Shown: positions 1 to 11,084, counted from the first letter of the stretch. The stretch: DNA of 64,000 nucleotides from Nibricoccus sp. (GCA_047602425.1 JASGHG010000001.1:3328001-3392000), one strand, 5' to 3'. Notes: generated by a model not told the origin, from the sequence alone. Made by a program: numbers and translations.

Positions 1-47
1 ACGATCACGGCAAAGGCAGAGGCAAAGGTAAGGGTAAAAACAAATAA
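1..47 (+). CDS. 3' end of a gene entering the window (C-terminus DHGKGRGKGKGKNK*)
   Basis: Open frame from position 3 to TAA at 45-47, followed by an intrinsic terminator at 109-138. Confidence 0.5.
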   Translation, partial: DHGKGRGKGKGKNK

Positions 48-108
48 AAACCGCCAAAGCATCGAAGAGACAAGGTTCGCGAACAGTGCCAAACTATTCG
101 GTAACGCC

Positions 109-138
109 AAGCCGGGGCGATCCGCCCCGGCTTTTTTA
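109..138 (+). terminator. Rho-independent terminator
   Basis: Perfect stem AAGCCGGGGCG-atc-CGCCCCGGCTT followed by a T-run. Confidence 0.85.
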
Positions 139-338
139 TTCGGCGAAACAGGACCAAGTGCTGCGGTCGTTTTTAGAGCTGCTGCCCTCGCCGAGGTTGC
201 CCGCTTGCCCGGTTTTGAACGTTGTGCCTTTGATTCTTTTCGGGGCACGCAAAAGCGCGGACCGACTGGCGCTGCGCACGTTATCGACTAGCGTTTGAGC
301 AGTCGTGAATTTTTTCCGACGAAACCTACATCCTTAAA

Positions 339-845
339 ATGTCCTCCCCTGTCCAATCTACTTACCTGCAGCCGTCATCCAATGCGAGCGGCTCCGTCAA
401 TTACCAAGCGCCGGATCTCACACGCCATCCGCCGCGCAGCCCGCGCACGCGCCTCGGTGGGTTCGTTCAACTTCCGCGCTTGATCGACAAGGCCCGTGCC
501 GTCGCAGCGGGCAAGGGTGGCGACTTCCATTACAATTGCCCGATCGACCAGCGCTTCTTTTCTTTCACCGGCGTTAATGCCGACGCCTTCATGGAGCAGA
601 TCAAAGCCGGTAAATCCGACAGCGAACTGCTCGCTTTCGTCATGGCGAACCTCCAGCCCAAACGGCACGCGTCGGAAATCGTCTCTTGGTCGACCTGGTT
701 CGAAAATCTCACTGCCACGCCGCCGGACACTCGCGCCTTTTTCAACGACGTTCATCGCAAAAACGCCCCGCAGCGCGAAGACATTGCGACGTGGTTCGAC
801 TGGCTCGATCTGGACGATTACGTGACGTACGGCGGAAAAGCTTAA
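339..845 (+). CDS. DUF5069-family protein
   Basis: PDLTRHPPRSPR..LGG...LPRLIDKARA, YNCPID and TWFDWLDLDD motifs recalled as typical of DUF5069; start uncertain. Confidence 0.75.
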   Translation: MSSPVQSTYLQPSSNASGSVNYQAPDLTRHPPRSPRTRLGGFVQLPRLIDKARAVAAGKGGDFHYNCPIDQRFFSFTGVNADAFMEQIKAGKSDSELLAFVMANLQPKRHASEIVSWSTWFENLTATPPDTRAFFNDVHRKNAPQREDIATWFDWLDLDDYVTYGGKA

Positions 846-978
846 CCGCCTGTAACCGCTATTCGGCCCCGCTGCATTCAACGGGCGGGGCATTGTCTCG
901 ATTGATCGTGTTTACAACAGATCCGGATGAGAAGCTTGAGCTGGCCAGCGGGTCGAAAATTTTTCAACGTGCGCCTCT

Positions 979-1962
979 ATGAAAATCCGCACTTTAGGTA
1001 ATACCGGTTTTCGCGTCGGCGAAATCGGCTTGGGCACTTGGCAGCTGGGCGGCTCTTGGGGTGAGGTCACGGAACAGACCGCGCTCGAAACCCTGCGCGC
1101 CGCCGTGGCAACGGGGGTGAACTTTTTGGATACGGCGGATGTTTATGGCGATGGTCGCAGCGAGCGGCTTATCGGGCGATTTTTGAAGGAGACGCGCGAG
1201 CCGGTCTTTGTCGCGACCAAACTCGGACGCTCCGGCACCCCGGGTTGGCCAAAAAACTTTACCCGCGCTGCGGTGCGTCAGCATACGGAAGCATCGCTTC
1301 AACGTCTCGGCGTCGAGGCGCTCGATCTCACGCAATTGCACTGTGTGCCTTTGGCGGCCTTGAAAAACGGCGAGATGTTCGACGCGCTTCGCGAATTGCA
1401 ACGCGAGGGGAAGATCAAAGCTTTTGGCGTAAGCGTCGAATCGATGGAGGAAGCGCTTTACTGCCTGGAGCAGCCGGGCGTGGTTTCGCTTCAGATCATC
1501 TTTAATATCTTCAGGCAGAAACCGATTCACACGCTCTTCGCCGCCGCGAAGCAGAAAAATATCGCCTTAATCGTGCGTTTGCCGCTGGCGAGTGGTTTGC
1601 TCGGAGGAAAAATGACGAAGCACACCCAGTTTGCTCCGACCGATCACCGCGTGGAGAATCGCGATGGACAGCTCTTCAATGTCGGCGAGACGTTTGCCGG
1701 TTTGCCCTTTGAAAAAGGCGTGGAACTCGCCGAGGCGCTTAAACCGCTCGTTCCCGCCGGCCAGTCTATGGCGGATTTCGCATTGCGGTGGTGTCTCGAT
1801 TTTGAGGCGGTCAGCGTGCTCATTCCCGGAGCGCGCAATCCCGAACAAGCCCGCGGCAACGTCCGCGCCTCGGACTTGCCTTCTCTCGGCCGCGAGTGTC
1901 ATGCAAAGCTTGCGAGTTTCTACGAACAAGAAGTGGCCGCGCACATTCGCGGACCTTACTAA
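979..1962 (+). CDS. Aldo/keto reductase
   Basis: IGLGTWQLGG, DTADVYGDGRSE, SLQRLGVEALDLTQLH and PLASGLL motifs. Confidence 0.93.
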   Translation: MKIRTLGNTGFRVGEIGLGTWQLGGSWGEVTEQTALETLRAAVATGVNFLDTADVYGDGRSERLIGRFLKETREPVFVATKLGRSGTPGWPKNFTRAAVRQHTEASLQRLGVEALDLTQLHCVPLAALKNGEMFDALRELQREGKIKAFGVSVESMEEALYCLEQPGVVSLQIIFNIFRQKPIHTLFAAAKQKNIALIVRLPLASGLLGGKMTKHTQFAPTDHRVENRDGQLFNVGETFAGLPFEKGVELAEALKPLVPAGQSMADFALRWCLDFEAVSVLIPGARNPEQARGNVRASDLPSLGRECHAKLASFYEQEVAAHIRGPY

Positions 1963-2149
1963 GGCCGCTCGGGCTCGTTTATTCGGCGAAAGATTTCGCT
2001 CCTGGAAGATGCGCTGCGGATGCTTTCGGATTTAGTTGTCCGAAACATGGGACTTCGTCCGTGGAATAAACCATGAAGCCCACAACCAAAATATCCATGG
2101 CAGGAATCGGCCCGTGTCGCCCTTGCTGTCACGACTTGGAGAACAAATC

Positions 2150-2799
2150 ATGAGAAAGATTGTCGCCATCACCCATGTCACGCTCGACGGCATTATGCAG
2201 GCGCCCGGCGGCCCAGAGGAAGATCCAACCGGCGGTTTCACACAAGGTGGCTGGGCTATGCTTTTCGGGGATGAGATTGGGGGCGAGGCCATCGACAAAA
2301 TCATGTCCGCCAAGTCCTCGGTCGCCGCACCTATGAAATTTTCGCGGCATACTGGCCTTACGTCGGCGAGAATTCCATCGCGAAGGCTTTTAACAACGCG
2401 ACGAAGTACGTAGTGACGCGCAGTCTGAAAAAATTCGACTGGGCGAAATCGCAGCCAATCGGCACCGATGCTGTGGACGAGATCCTCCGCTTGAAGGCAT
2501 CTGACGGGGCCGAATTGCACATCTGGGGTAGCAGCGAACTGCTGCAGACCCTAATTGCTGCGGAACTGATCGACGAGTTTCGCGTTTGGATCTACCCGGT
2601 GGTTTTAGGCAAGGGCAAGCGATTGTTCGAAAAAGGTGTGTCCCCGCGTGGCCTCACATTGGTGGAGTCGCGCGCCACGACAAAAGGCGTCCTCTTGAAT
2701 ACCTACCGCCCGGCCGGTCCCCTTCCGGCAGGTTCTCCGCTTGAAAAGCCATCCAAGGCCGAACTGGTGCGCCGCCGAAAACTGGCTGCTGAGAAATGA
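2150..2799 (+). pseudogene. Frameshifted dihydrofolate reductase/RibD C-terminal family gene
   Basis: The N-terminus MRKIVAITHVTLDGIMQAPGGPEED lies in one frame; LGRRTYEIFAAYWP..AFNNATKYVV..GSSELLQTL..DEFRVWIYPVVLGKGKRLF lies in another. The frame changes near 2311-2316. Confidence 0.8.
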
Positions 2800-2881
2800 T
2801 ATTTAAACTGCAGAGAACGCAGATTGCCGGAAAACGACTGCGGATTGCATTTCATCTGGCCTCGTGCTGATTTCGTGGAGC

Positions 2882-3505
2882 ATGCCGCTCCATCGAAAAA
2901 AGATTTTTCGCCTGCCACCGCCCGCGCCCACCACGATCTATGTTCGATCGGGCTACAATCGTGTGCTCGCCGAGGAATTCGAGGCACTCAAGGTGAAGCG
3001 CGTCGCATTGGTCGCCGACAAGGTCGAAGCCCACAGCCAGGGCGACCTGCGCGAGAACTTCGGCTTCAAGGCGGCGAAGGAGGCAATCCGCGCCGTCGAT
3101 CGCAAGATGACGGCGCTCGACCGCTTCGTCGCACGCAACACCTTCATCGAAGTCGATCCCGCTGCATGGCTCACCAAACCAACCGTCACGCTCCAACTTG
3201 GGCATGTCACCACGCTCGAGAAACAGGACGTGGCGACGAAACGAAAGCACCGTTTCACCTTTCTCGTGACGACCTACGGCGAAACGGCGGTCGACGAGGA
3301 GTCGGGCATAGAATGTCTGCCGCATACCTCTCCGCTCGCCGCCGCGGTGTTAGGTCTCGCCGCTGGTTCGGAAACGCGGACGACTCTTCCCGCCGGCGAG
3401 GCCATTCTCAAAATCGTTTCCATCCGCAATCCCACCCAGGCGGAACTCGACCGTTTGCTCATGCCGATCAAGCCGCCGGAGATAGCGGACGACGAAGGCG
3501 CCTGA
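2882..3505 (+). CDS. Divergent GreA/GreB-family transcription elongation factor
   Basis: Coiled-coil tip GDLRENF (compare GDLSENA) and C-terminal SPLAAAVLGLAAG..LPAG..LKIVSI. Confidence 0.75.
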   Translation: MPLHRKKIFRLPPPAPTTIYVRSGYNRVLAEEFEALKVKRVALVADKVEAHSQGDLRENFGFKAAKEAIRAVDRKMTALDRFVARNTFIEVDPAAWLTKPTVTLQLGHVTTLEKQDVATKRKHRFTFLVTTYGETAVDEESGIECLPHTSPLAAAVLGLAAGSETRTTLPAGEAILKIVSIRNPTQAELDRLLMPIKPPEIADDEGA

Positions 3506-3813
3506 CGGCGGGCGATGATTGCGAGATCTGAAGCATTGCCGTCGATGCGGGCAAGCAGTGGCATTTAGGCGCCTGAGATTTGTCTGGCTCGTAACGCCTG
3601 TGGGCCGTGGCGTTCATAGGCAGATTTCGAGATGTTTACTGTTCATACAAAATACATGGCGCGTAGCGCCCCGTGCACTTTCGGAGTGAAGAGGCAGCGG
3701 GAACATTTCGGGTAACTGTTTTGTTACTGATGAATTCTGGCGGATGGCTCGTGGGAGTTCAGTAACTCGGCTTCAATGGCCACAAGGCGGTGGTCCTAAT
3801 CATCACAAATGTC

Positions 3814-6561
3814 ATGAGAATAAAATATTCAATTAGCTATGTCTGTTGGTTTCTTCTTTTCCTAGTTTGCTGTTTCCTGACTCTGCAGGCTGACGTCCTG
3901 CCCACGAATTACCGCAATTTCTATCGAGCAGACCGGAACTTCGTCACACGAATAGAAACGGCAGGCGGGACGATCCGTGCGGTGGCAGCAACTCCTGATG
4001 GGGGCTTTGTCGTGGCTGGACGATTTTCCACGATTGCCGATCAGCCGCGTCTAAATCTTGCGAAATACAAGGCGGACGGGAGCGTCGATCCGAATTTCAA
4101 TGCCAACACGGGATGTGATGGCGAAATCTCGACGATGGCGGTGCAGGCGGACGGGAAATTCGTCATCGGCGGAAATTTCACGACATTCAACGGCACGGCG
4201 CGAATCGGTATTGCCCGCGTCAATACGGATGGTTCGCTCGATACGAGCTTTGAGCCACACTTGGGATTCAACGCGCCGGTGACGGCGGTGGCCGTGCAGC
4301 CGGATGGCAAGGTCGTGGTGGCAGGGATTTTTTCGCACTTTAACGGTGTGGCACGCGCAGGGATGGCGCGCCTGAATAGCGATGGCAGCCTGGATCAAAG
4401 CCTGGATGTTGGTTCGGGTTTCGACACCTTCGTAAAGGCGATCGTCATACAGCCCGACGGCGGAATCATCGCCGGAGGTTCTTTTGAGACAGTGAATGGA
4501 GCGGCGGCCAAAACCCTCGTTCGTCTCCGGAGTGACGGATCGCGCGATACGGCGTTTAGCGCAAATTTGGGAACTGGATTCACTGCGGCGCCCACGTGGG
4601 TATATGCATTGGGGCTTCAGCCGGACGGCAAAATTGTGGCTGGCGGCATCTTCAGTGCCGTGAACGGAAACGCTCGCAATGGAATCGTCCGTTTGAATTC
4701 CGACGGCACGGTGGACAACACCTTTAATGTGGGCACTGGCGTGGACCGCTATCCGGTGGAATCGCTGGTGCTTCTGGCGGACGGGCGTATTTTGATCGGC
4801 GGAAATTTTAGCTCTTTTAATGGATCGGCAAGGCGAGGTATTGCCCGATTGAATACGAACGGTTCGCTGGACAACGCTTTTGATCCCGGCAGCGGTTTTG
4901 CGGGAGATTTGGGCAACACGACGGTCTCCACTCTTGCCGTCCTGTCGGACGGACGCATTGCTGCGGGCGGGAACTTCACCGGCTTCGACGGCCACGCCGT
5001 GCTCAACCTTGCTCGACTGGGCGCAAACGGTGGGTTTGATGCGCTGGCAGGAGGTGCGTTGCGCAAGCCCGGGCAAACCCGCGCGTCGCTCCCGGTCGGG
5101 GACAAAATTGTAGTGGTGGGTTCATTCGATTTTGTGAACGGCGTGGCGCGGACCGGCATCGCGCGACTCCACGCAGCCAGCGGCGCGTTGGACACATCGT
5201 TTGCTCTTACGGGATCGGGTTTCGACGCGGGGCTTGTATCGAGAGTGATCGCACAGCCCGATGGAAAGCTTGTCGTGACGGGAGATTTCGCCGCCTACAA
5301 CGGGACGAGCCGTGCCGGTATTGCTCGCCTGAATACGGATGGATCGCTCGATACGACTTTCAATCCCGGCACGGGTTTTGATTATACGCCTGCGGTCAGT
5401 TTGGTTTTGCAGCCGGACGGAAAGATGGTCGTGGGCGGAGGATTTGCGATTTATAACGGCGTAGCTCGGCCACGGGTTGCTCGTTTAAATGCGAACGGTT
5501 CGCTGGACATGAGCTTCAATCCCGGCGCCGGCTTCGACGGTCCGCCCCTGGCGATGCTTCTGCAGGCGGATGGGCGGATTGTTGCGGGTGGCGCTTTTGC
5601 GACTTACAACGGCACGGCGCGCAGTTGTATCGCCAGGCTGAATACCGACGGTTCGCTCGATACGAGTTTTAATCCCGGCCTGGGTTTTAAGGACAATAGC
5701 AGCGTCGGTGCGGCCTCAAATGTCGAAGCCATGATCCTGCAACCCGACGGCAAGATCGTCGCGGCGGGCGACTTCACTCATTTCAATAGTGTTGCCCGCG
5801 GCGGTATCGCACGAGTGAACGGAGATGGTTCGCTCGACACGTCGTTTGTACCGGGCCTGACGTTTAACGGCTTTTCCTTTTCGCTGGCGTTGCAGACAGA
5901 TGGAAAAATCGTCCTAGCCGGTTACATGCATACGGCGAACGAGGCATTTTTGCCCCAGTTCTGGCGTTTATACGCGGATGGCCTTATCGACCCGCTATTT
6001 TTTGTGCAGGAAACGATCGGAACTTTTTTGCGTTACGATGACAACGGCCGGTTATTGGTGTCCGGCGCAGGCGCGATTGCGAACGGCTTTTCCCAAGTGG
6101 GATTTGCCGTCGTTGCGCCTGATCTCAACGCGCCGATGTTCACGGTTCAGCCGATGAGCGCGACGGTGAACGTTGGTGGTTCGGTTAACTTTACCTCAAA
6201 TGCCACCGGTGTTCCGACTCCCGCTTATCAATGGTACAAGGGGCCGGCGACTTTACTGCCCGGCAAAACAGATCCCACGTTGATGATTTCAAATGTTCAG
6301 GCCGCGGATGCCGGAGCGTATTTTGTGACTGCTATAAATAGTTCGGGTTACGACGTCAGTATGCTCGCTGTGCTCACCGTGAATAGCAGCTCATCTTCGT
6401 CGAGCAGCAGTAGCAGTAGCTCAAGTTCGTCGTCGGGTGGCTCCTCGTCTGGTTCGGGCGGCGGGTATGGTGGCGGGGGAGGGGCGCCCAGCTATGGGTA
6501 TTTTGCTGCCGGCTTGGTGTTGTTACTGACACGTTATCTGGCTGCTGCGCGGAAAGTCTGA
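3814..6561 (+). CDS. Secreted delta-60 repeat protein with Ig-like domain, Ser-rich linker and GlyGly-type C-terminal sorting tail
   Basis: Signal peptide; many QPDGKIVxGGxF..ARLNxDGSLDxxF repeats; Ig domain (PMFTVQP..YQWYK..DAGAYFV); poly-Ser; GGGGGAPS + TM helix + basic tail. Confidence 0.9.
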   Translation: MRIKYSISYVCWFLLFLVCCFLTLQADVLPTNYRNFYRADRNFVTRIETAGGTIRAVAATPDGGFVVAGRFSTIADQPRLNLAKYKADGSVDPNFNANTGCDGEISTMAVQADGKFVIGGNFTTFNGTARIGIARVNTDGSLDTSFEPHLGFNAPVTAVAVQPDGKVVVAGIFSHFNGVARAGMARLNSDGSLDQSLDVGSGFDTFVKAIVIQPDGGIIAGGSFETVNGAAAKTLVRLRSDGSRDTAFSANLGTGFTAAPTWVYALGLQPDGKIVAGGIFSAVNGNARNGIVRLNSDGTVDNTFNVGTGVDRYPVESLVLLADGRILIGGNFSSFNGSARRGIARLNTNGSLDNAFDPGSGFAGDLGNTTVSTLAVLSDGRIAAGGNFTGFDGHAVLNLARLGANGGFDALAGGALRKPGQTRASLPVGDKIVVVGSFDFVNGVARTGIARLHAASGALDTSFALTGSGFDAGLVSRVIAQPDGKLVVTGDFAAYNGTSRAGIARLNTDGSLDTTFNPGTGFDYTPAVSLVLQPDGKMVVGGGFAIYNGVARPRVARLNANGSLDMSFNPGAGFDGPPLAMLLQADGRIVAGGAFATYNGTARSCIARLNTDGSLDTSFNPGLGFKDNSSVGAASNVEAMILQPDGKIVAAGDFTHFNSVARGGIARVNGDGSLDTSFVPGLTFNGFSFSLALQTDGKIVLAGYMHTANEAFLPQFWRLYADGLIDPLFFVQETIGTFLRYDDNGRLLVSGAGAIANGFSQVGFAVVAPDLNAPMFTVQPMSATVNVGGSVNFTSNATGVPTPAYQWYKGPATLLPGKTDPTLMISNVQAADAGAYFVTAINSSGYDVSMLAVLTVNSSSSSSSSSSSSSSSSSGGSSSGSGGGYGGGGGAPSYGYFAAGLVLLLTRYLAAARKV

Positions 6562-6808
6562 ACCGCGAAAAAACATTCTGCGGTGCCGCTGCCTCCGTAT
6601 TTTCGCGACAAAATTTTCCTGCCGTATTCACGCCGCGACCGCGGCACGGCATGCGGTCGGGCGCGAATGGGTTTTAGGCCGTCGCTGGATTCGCGGACGG
6701 TGGAATTCTGAATTCGAGGTCGTACTTGGGCGCGACTTGGAGCAAGCGGTCGATTTCCTCCTGTTGAAGTATCCCGAAGATCCCGCTTCCGCCTCGCGCG
6801 ACTGAGTA

Positions 6809-6824
6809 TGGCGTTGCTATTGCC
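6809..6824 (+). promoter_or_regulatory. Possible sigma54 -24/-12 promoter upstream of the VPDSG-CTERM-like gene
   Basis: TGGCGTTGCTATTGCC fits GG-N10-GC, about 260 nt upstream of the ATG. Confidence 0.3.
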
Positions 6825-7079
6825 GCGGTTCGGCGTCGCCGAAGCAATGGGCTTGGGCGTGCCTTCTAGATAACGCGCGAAAGTATATAACGAACCACGC
6901 TATTGGTATATATATTCCCCTATGGGATATCGGACCTACCGGAGGATAGGGGAACGGCCCGTAGTGCAACAGCCCATTGGGGGGCGCCTTTCCACACGTT
7001 ATTCTACAGCCCACGGGATGCCTGTTTTGGGCTCTCAGAAATCAACAACCTACAAAGAAAAATAGAAACAAGTTATAAT

Positions 7080-7682
7080 ATGCATACTCCAATAACAAAG
7101 CTCCTGGCTTTGCTGCTCTGCGGCATCGCGGTCTCCGCTCAGGCTACGCCGATCACCGGCCAGCTGAACGTGCAATCGGGCTCCGTCGTACTGACGCCGA
7201 ACCAACTTGGCGCTGTCACCAACGTGGCCGGTTCCATGAATGGCAAGGTCACGTCGGTGGAAGGAAGTTATCCTTCCAGCCTCGTCGGCGGTACGGTCAC
7301 CTACAAACCGTTCAATACAACGGTCGGGAGTCAGGCCATCGCGGGTCTGTGGTCGGTGTTGGACACCGCCACCGGCTTCACCTACTCGTTTGACCTCAAT
7401 TCGGTCCTGTCTGTCATTCAGACAGGTTCCAATCTGTTGGTGAACGGCGAGGGAAAACTCTGGTCAACCAATCCTGATTTGACGGCCGCTTATGGTCTGT
7501 GGTCGTACGGCATTAACTCTGCCGACGGTTCCCCGACCAATGGCGTGTTCTCGTTCCAGTCCAATAACGTCGCGACAGCGGCCGTTCCGGACGGTGCGAG
7601 CACCCTAATTCTTCTGGGTGTCGGCTTGATGGGCGTCGCCGGTCTCAGCCGCGTCTTTCAGAAGAATTCATTCGCGGTCTGA
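7080..7682 (+). CDS. VPDSG-CTERM (PEP-CTERM-like) exosortase-target protein
   Basis: Signal peptide ending AQA-TPITG; C-terminal VPDGASTLILLGVGLMGVAGLSRVFQK. Confidence 0.88.
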   Translation: MHTPITKLLALLLCGIAVSAQATPITGQLNVQSGSVVLTPNQLGAVTNVAGSMNGKVTSVEGSYPSSLVGGTVTYKPFNTTVGSQAIAGLWSVLDTATGFTYSFDLNSVLSVIQTGSNLLVNGEGKLWSTNPDLTAAYGLWSYGINSADGSPTNGVFSFQSNNVATAAVPDGASTLILLGVGLMGVAGLSRVFQKNSFAV

Positions 7683-7705
7683 TCGAGTGATAAGATCGAC
7701 CTTCC

Positions 7706-7742
7706 AGTCGCCGGCCTTTCACGACCGGCGACTATTTTTTTG
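7706..7742 (+). terminator. Rho-independent terminator
   Basis: AGTCGCCGG...CCGGCGACT stem followed by T8. Confidence 0.85.
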
Positions 7743-7952
7743 CGCCCGCGATAACGGCCGCCATTGAGAAAGCCGGCCGCCGCGAGCAGTTGTTGTTGGA
7801 TCTTCTGAAGCGGTTGGAGAACTGTCCCAGTGTCTCTCGCTTGCCCTCCACGGCCTGATTCAACGTCGGGGCTGGATGAACGAAATCCGCCGTAACAGGC
7901 TTCACCTGCGTGAGGCCCGTTACGGCGAAATTATTTTAGCGACGCCAGCCGG

Positions 7953-8108
7953 TTAGAGCCGCGTGCGGAATCCACCCGCGAGGTAGATGATCAGGACGAT
8001 CAGCAGCACCAGGCCGAGACCTCCGCCGCCAATGGCGGGTCCGCCAAAGTAGAATCCGCCGCCGCCCAGGAGAAGGAGTAGAACCAGGATAAGAAGGACC
8101 GTACTCAT
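7953..8108 (-). CDS. Small Gly-rich membrane protein (DUF3309-like)
   Basis: MSTVLLILVLLLLLGGGGFY..GGGGLGLVLLIVLIIYL; two TM helices. Confidence 0.75.
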   Translation of the reverse strand: MSTVLLILVLLLLLGGGGFYFGGPAIGGGGLGLVLLIVLIIYLAGGFRTRL

Positions 8109-8400
8109 GCGCCTAAGATAGCGCGTGGCCCGGCCTGCCGCCATCGGGGTTTTTCCCATCCGGCGGGCGATAAAAAATGGCATCGCACGATTCCGCGCGC
8201 CGTTTCCGACTAGGGAAAAATTTTACGGGAATTTATAAACAGGTTTCGGGCGGCGAAGTTCATGAGGCACTTCTTTAACTCGCCAATGCGCAACAGATAA
8301 ACGGGGCACGCGAGCCATCGCCCTTTGTAGCGATATTTTCGATACGCGGTGAGGTGAAATCTTCATTGCAGGAATTCGTCCTGGTGCCGCAGAGGAAGGA

Positions 8401-10242
8401 ATGCCTTCGTTCCCTCTCAAGTGGTTTCTCGTGCTCTTCGGTGCGTTTCTCGTCTCGTTGGGCGCCGATCTTTATTTTAGCCAGCCGGGCTCTCTTTCCG
8501 CGGGCAGCGCCAACGCGGTGCAACTTAACTCGGAAGAGTTCCTGAGCGCCGCCGCCGCAGGCGAGCTCTCAACCGGAACCATCATCTATCGGGTGAACGG
8601 CGCCGGGCTCGCGGATCTGGCGGCAACGCGCAAGCGTTCCGGTGCGACGGAGAACGTCAAAGCCGCCGCACGCCTGACGGATGCGGATCTCGCCGCGCTG
8701 CGCAAAAATCATTTCGTCGAGGACGATGCAGTTTCGCTGGAGAAGGCCCGTCCCTTTACTTCACGCGAACGCATTGCGGCCCTCGCGCATGCCACCACGC
8801 GAACACTGGGACTTATTACGGCGATCGCGGCGGCTCTGATGGCGGTATCGCACTACACCGCGCGTTACACCGCGTTTTCCGTCCGAAAAATGCGGGCCGC
8901 GACGTCGGAGGTGAAATTCTCCGCGGTCGCCGGCTGTGACGAAGCGAAGGGCGAAGTCCACGAAATCGTGGAATTCCTGAAAGACCCGGCGCGTTTTCGC
9001 ACGACGGGCGGACGGATGCCGAAAGGCGTGCTGCTCGTCGGTCCCCCCGGCACGGGCAAGACCATGCTGGCGAAAGCCGTGGCCGGAGAAGCCAAGGCGC
9101 ATTTCTACAGTTTGAGCGGCTCCGACTTCGTGGAACTCTATGTCGGCGTTGGCGCTTCACGCGTGCGTTCGCTTTTCAAAAAGGCGCGCGAAACTGCGCC
9201 GAGCATTATCTTCATCGACGAAATCGACGCGATCGGTCGCAAGCGTTCCTCAGGTGAAGGCGGCTCGCAACAGGAACACGACCAGACGCTCAACGCCTTG
9301 CTCGTTGCGATGGACGGTTTCGATACCGACGATGCTGTGGTCGTCTTTGGTGCGACGAATCGCCCCGACACGATGGACCGTGCGTTGTTGCGTCCCGGTC
9401 GCTTCGACCGCCAGGTTTCACTCAGCCTGCCTGACCTCGCCGGTCGGCGCGCGATCCTTCAGGTGCATGCGGCGGCGGTCAAACTCGACGCCGATGTCGA
9501 TCTACAACATATCGCCAAAGGCACGCCGGGTTTTTCCGGCGCCGATCTGGCCAATCTGCTCAACGAAGGCGCGATCCACGCCGCGCGCCACGGTCGCAAG
9601 TCGATCACCACCGCCGATCTCGACGAAGCGCGTGACAAGATCAACTGGGGTCGCGAAACGCCCCGCGCTTTCACACCGGCCGACAAACGCATCATCGCTT
9701 ATCACGAAGCCGGCCACGCGCTGATGCAGATTCTCTCCGGCGACGACACCACGAAACTTCACAAGGTGACGATCATTCCGCGCGGACGTTCGCTGGGCAG
9801 CACGCAATTCACGCCGGAACGCGATCTCTACAATCATTCCCATCCGCAACTGATCGCGCGGCTGCGTTGTTTGATGGCCGGACGTGTTGCCGAGGAACTT
9901 GCGCTCGGCAGCATCACGAGCGGCGCGTCGAGCGATATTCAGGAAGCGACCCGCATCGCGCGTCAGATGGTTTTCGAATGGGGCATGTCGCCCATGGGTT
10001 TCATGGCGCTGACGCGAGCCGAGGGCGAAACGGAACTCGCCAGCCCGCAGAGTTTGCACGAAGCCGAGCATCACGTGAAAACGCTGCTCGCGGAAAACTA
10101 CACCGCCACAACCGAAATCATCCGCGGCGCCCGAGCGGCGCTCGATGCCATTGCGCACGATCTGCTCGAGCAGGAAACGATCAGCGGCGATCACGTCCGT
10201 CAGACCGTCGCGGCCATCTTGGCCCCGTCGGCGCAGGCCTAG
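8401..10242 (+). CDS. ftsH: FtsH-family ATP-dependent zinc metalloprotease
   Basis: Two N-terminal hydrophobic segments, Walker A GPPGTGKT, Walker [26 protein letters not shown] and zinc motif HEAGH. Confidence 0.9.
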   Translation: MPSFPLKWFLVLFGAFLVSLGADLYFSQPGSLSAGSANAVQLNSEEFLSAAAAGELSTGTIIYRVNGAGLADLAATRKRSGATENVKAAARLTDADLAALRKNHFVEDDAVSLEKARPFTSRERIAALAHATTRTLGLITAIAAALMAVSHYTARYTAFSVRKMRAATSEVKFSAVAGCDEAKGEVHEIVEFLKDPARFRTTGGRMPKGVLLVGPPGTGKTMLAKAVAGEAKAHFYSLSGSDFVELYVGVGASRVRSLFKKARETAPSIIFIDEIDAIGRKRSSGEGGSQQEHDQTLNALLVAMDGFDTDDAVVVFGATNRPDTMDRALLRPGRFDRQVSLSLPDLAGRRAILQVHAAAVKLDADVDLQHIAKGTPGFSGADLANLLNEGAIHAARHGRKSITTADLDEARDKINWGRETPRAFTPADKRIIAYHEAGHALMQILSGDDTTKLHKVTIIPRGRSLGSTQFTPERDLYNHSHPQLIARLRCLMAGRVAEELALGSITSGASSDIQEATRIARQMVFEWGMSPMGFMALTRAEGETELASPQSLHEAEHHVKTLLAENYTATTEIIRGARAALDAIAHDLLEQETISGDHVRQTVAAILAPSAQA

Positions 10243-10404
10243 ACGGTCAGTCTAACCAACCCAAAGGTTTTGTTTGCCTCCACCGCGTGCACGGTGAACG
10301 GCGGCGCTGCGTCGTGTGCCGATTTTTCTCCACGACCGATTTGCGCGATGGGAAATTTGCAACGAAGTTCCGCGGTCACGCCCCGCCATCAACGGAACTT
10401 TTTT

Positions 10405-10890
10405 ATGAACAAGCCGACGCCCAAAAATACAATCTGCCTTTGGTACAATAAAGACGCCCTCGACGCCGCCCGCTTTTACGCCGCGACATTTCCCGATAGC
10501 AAAGTGATCGCGGTGCACAAGGCGCCAGGCGATTATCCCTCGGGCAAAGAAGGCGACGTGCTCACCGTGGAATTCACCGTCATGGGCATTCCGTGCCTTG
10601 GCCTAAATGGCGGTCCGGAGTTTTCGCACAGCGAAGCGTTCTCTTTCCAAATCGCAACCGACACCCAGGAGGAAACGGACCGCTACTGGAATGCGATCGT
10701 CGGCAACGGCGGTCAGGAAAGCCAGTGCGGCTGGTGCAAGGATCGCTGGGGGCTCTCCTGGCAAATCACGCCGCGCGTGCTGACCGAGGCGTTCAACGCC
10801 GGCGGCGCCGAAGCCAAGCGCGCCTTCGAAGCGATGATGGAGATGGGAAAAATCGACGTCGCCAAAATCGAAGCCGCGCGGCGCGGGTGA
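10405..10890 (+). CDS. VOC-family (PhnB / 3-demethylubiquinone-9 3-methyltransferase-like) protein
   Basis: CLWY..AARFYA.TFPDS, LNGGP, EAFSFQI and CGWCKDRWGLSWQITP motifs. Confidence 0.92.
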   Translation: MNKPTPKNTICLWYNKDALDAARFYAATFPDSKVIAVHKAPGDYPSGKEGDVLTVEFTVMGIPCLGLNGGPEFSHSEAFSFQIATDTQEETDRYWNAIVGNGGQESQCGWCKDRWGLSWQITPRVLTEAFNAGGAEAKRAFEAMMEMGKIDVAKIEAARRG

Positions 10891-11084
10891 AGTTGGGCGA
10901 AACAGAAGAGACAACCACTCGTTTTTACTTAAGGGCTGATCGTTGCTCGGTCTGTCTTGCTTCAGTTTTCACTGATCCCTGGTATGAAGACAGGTGAAAC
11001 CATTTTACAGGAGGAAACTTAGGGGGCGAATCTTTGGCGGTCGTTGCCCTATATCCGCGTGAACGGCTCGGCCAAGGTCGAGCC

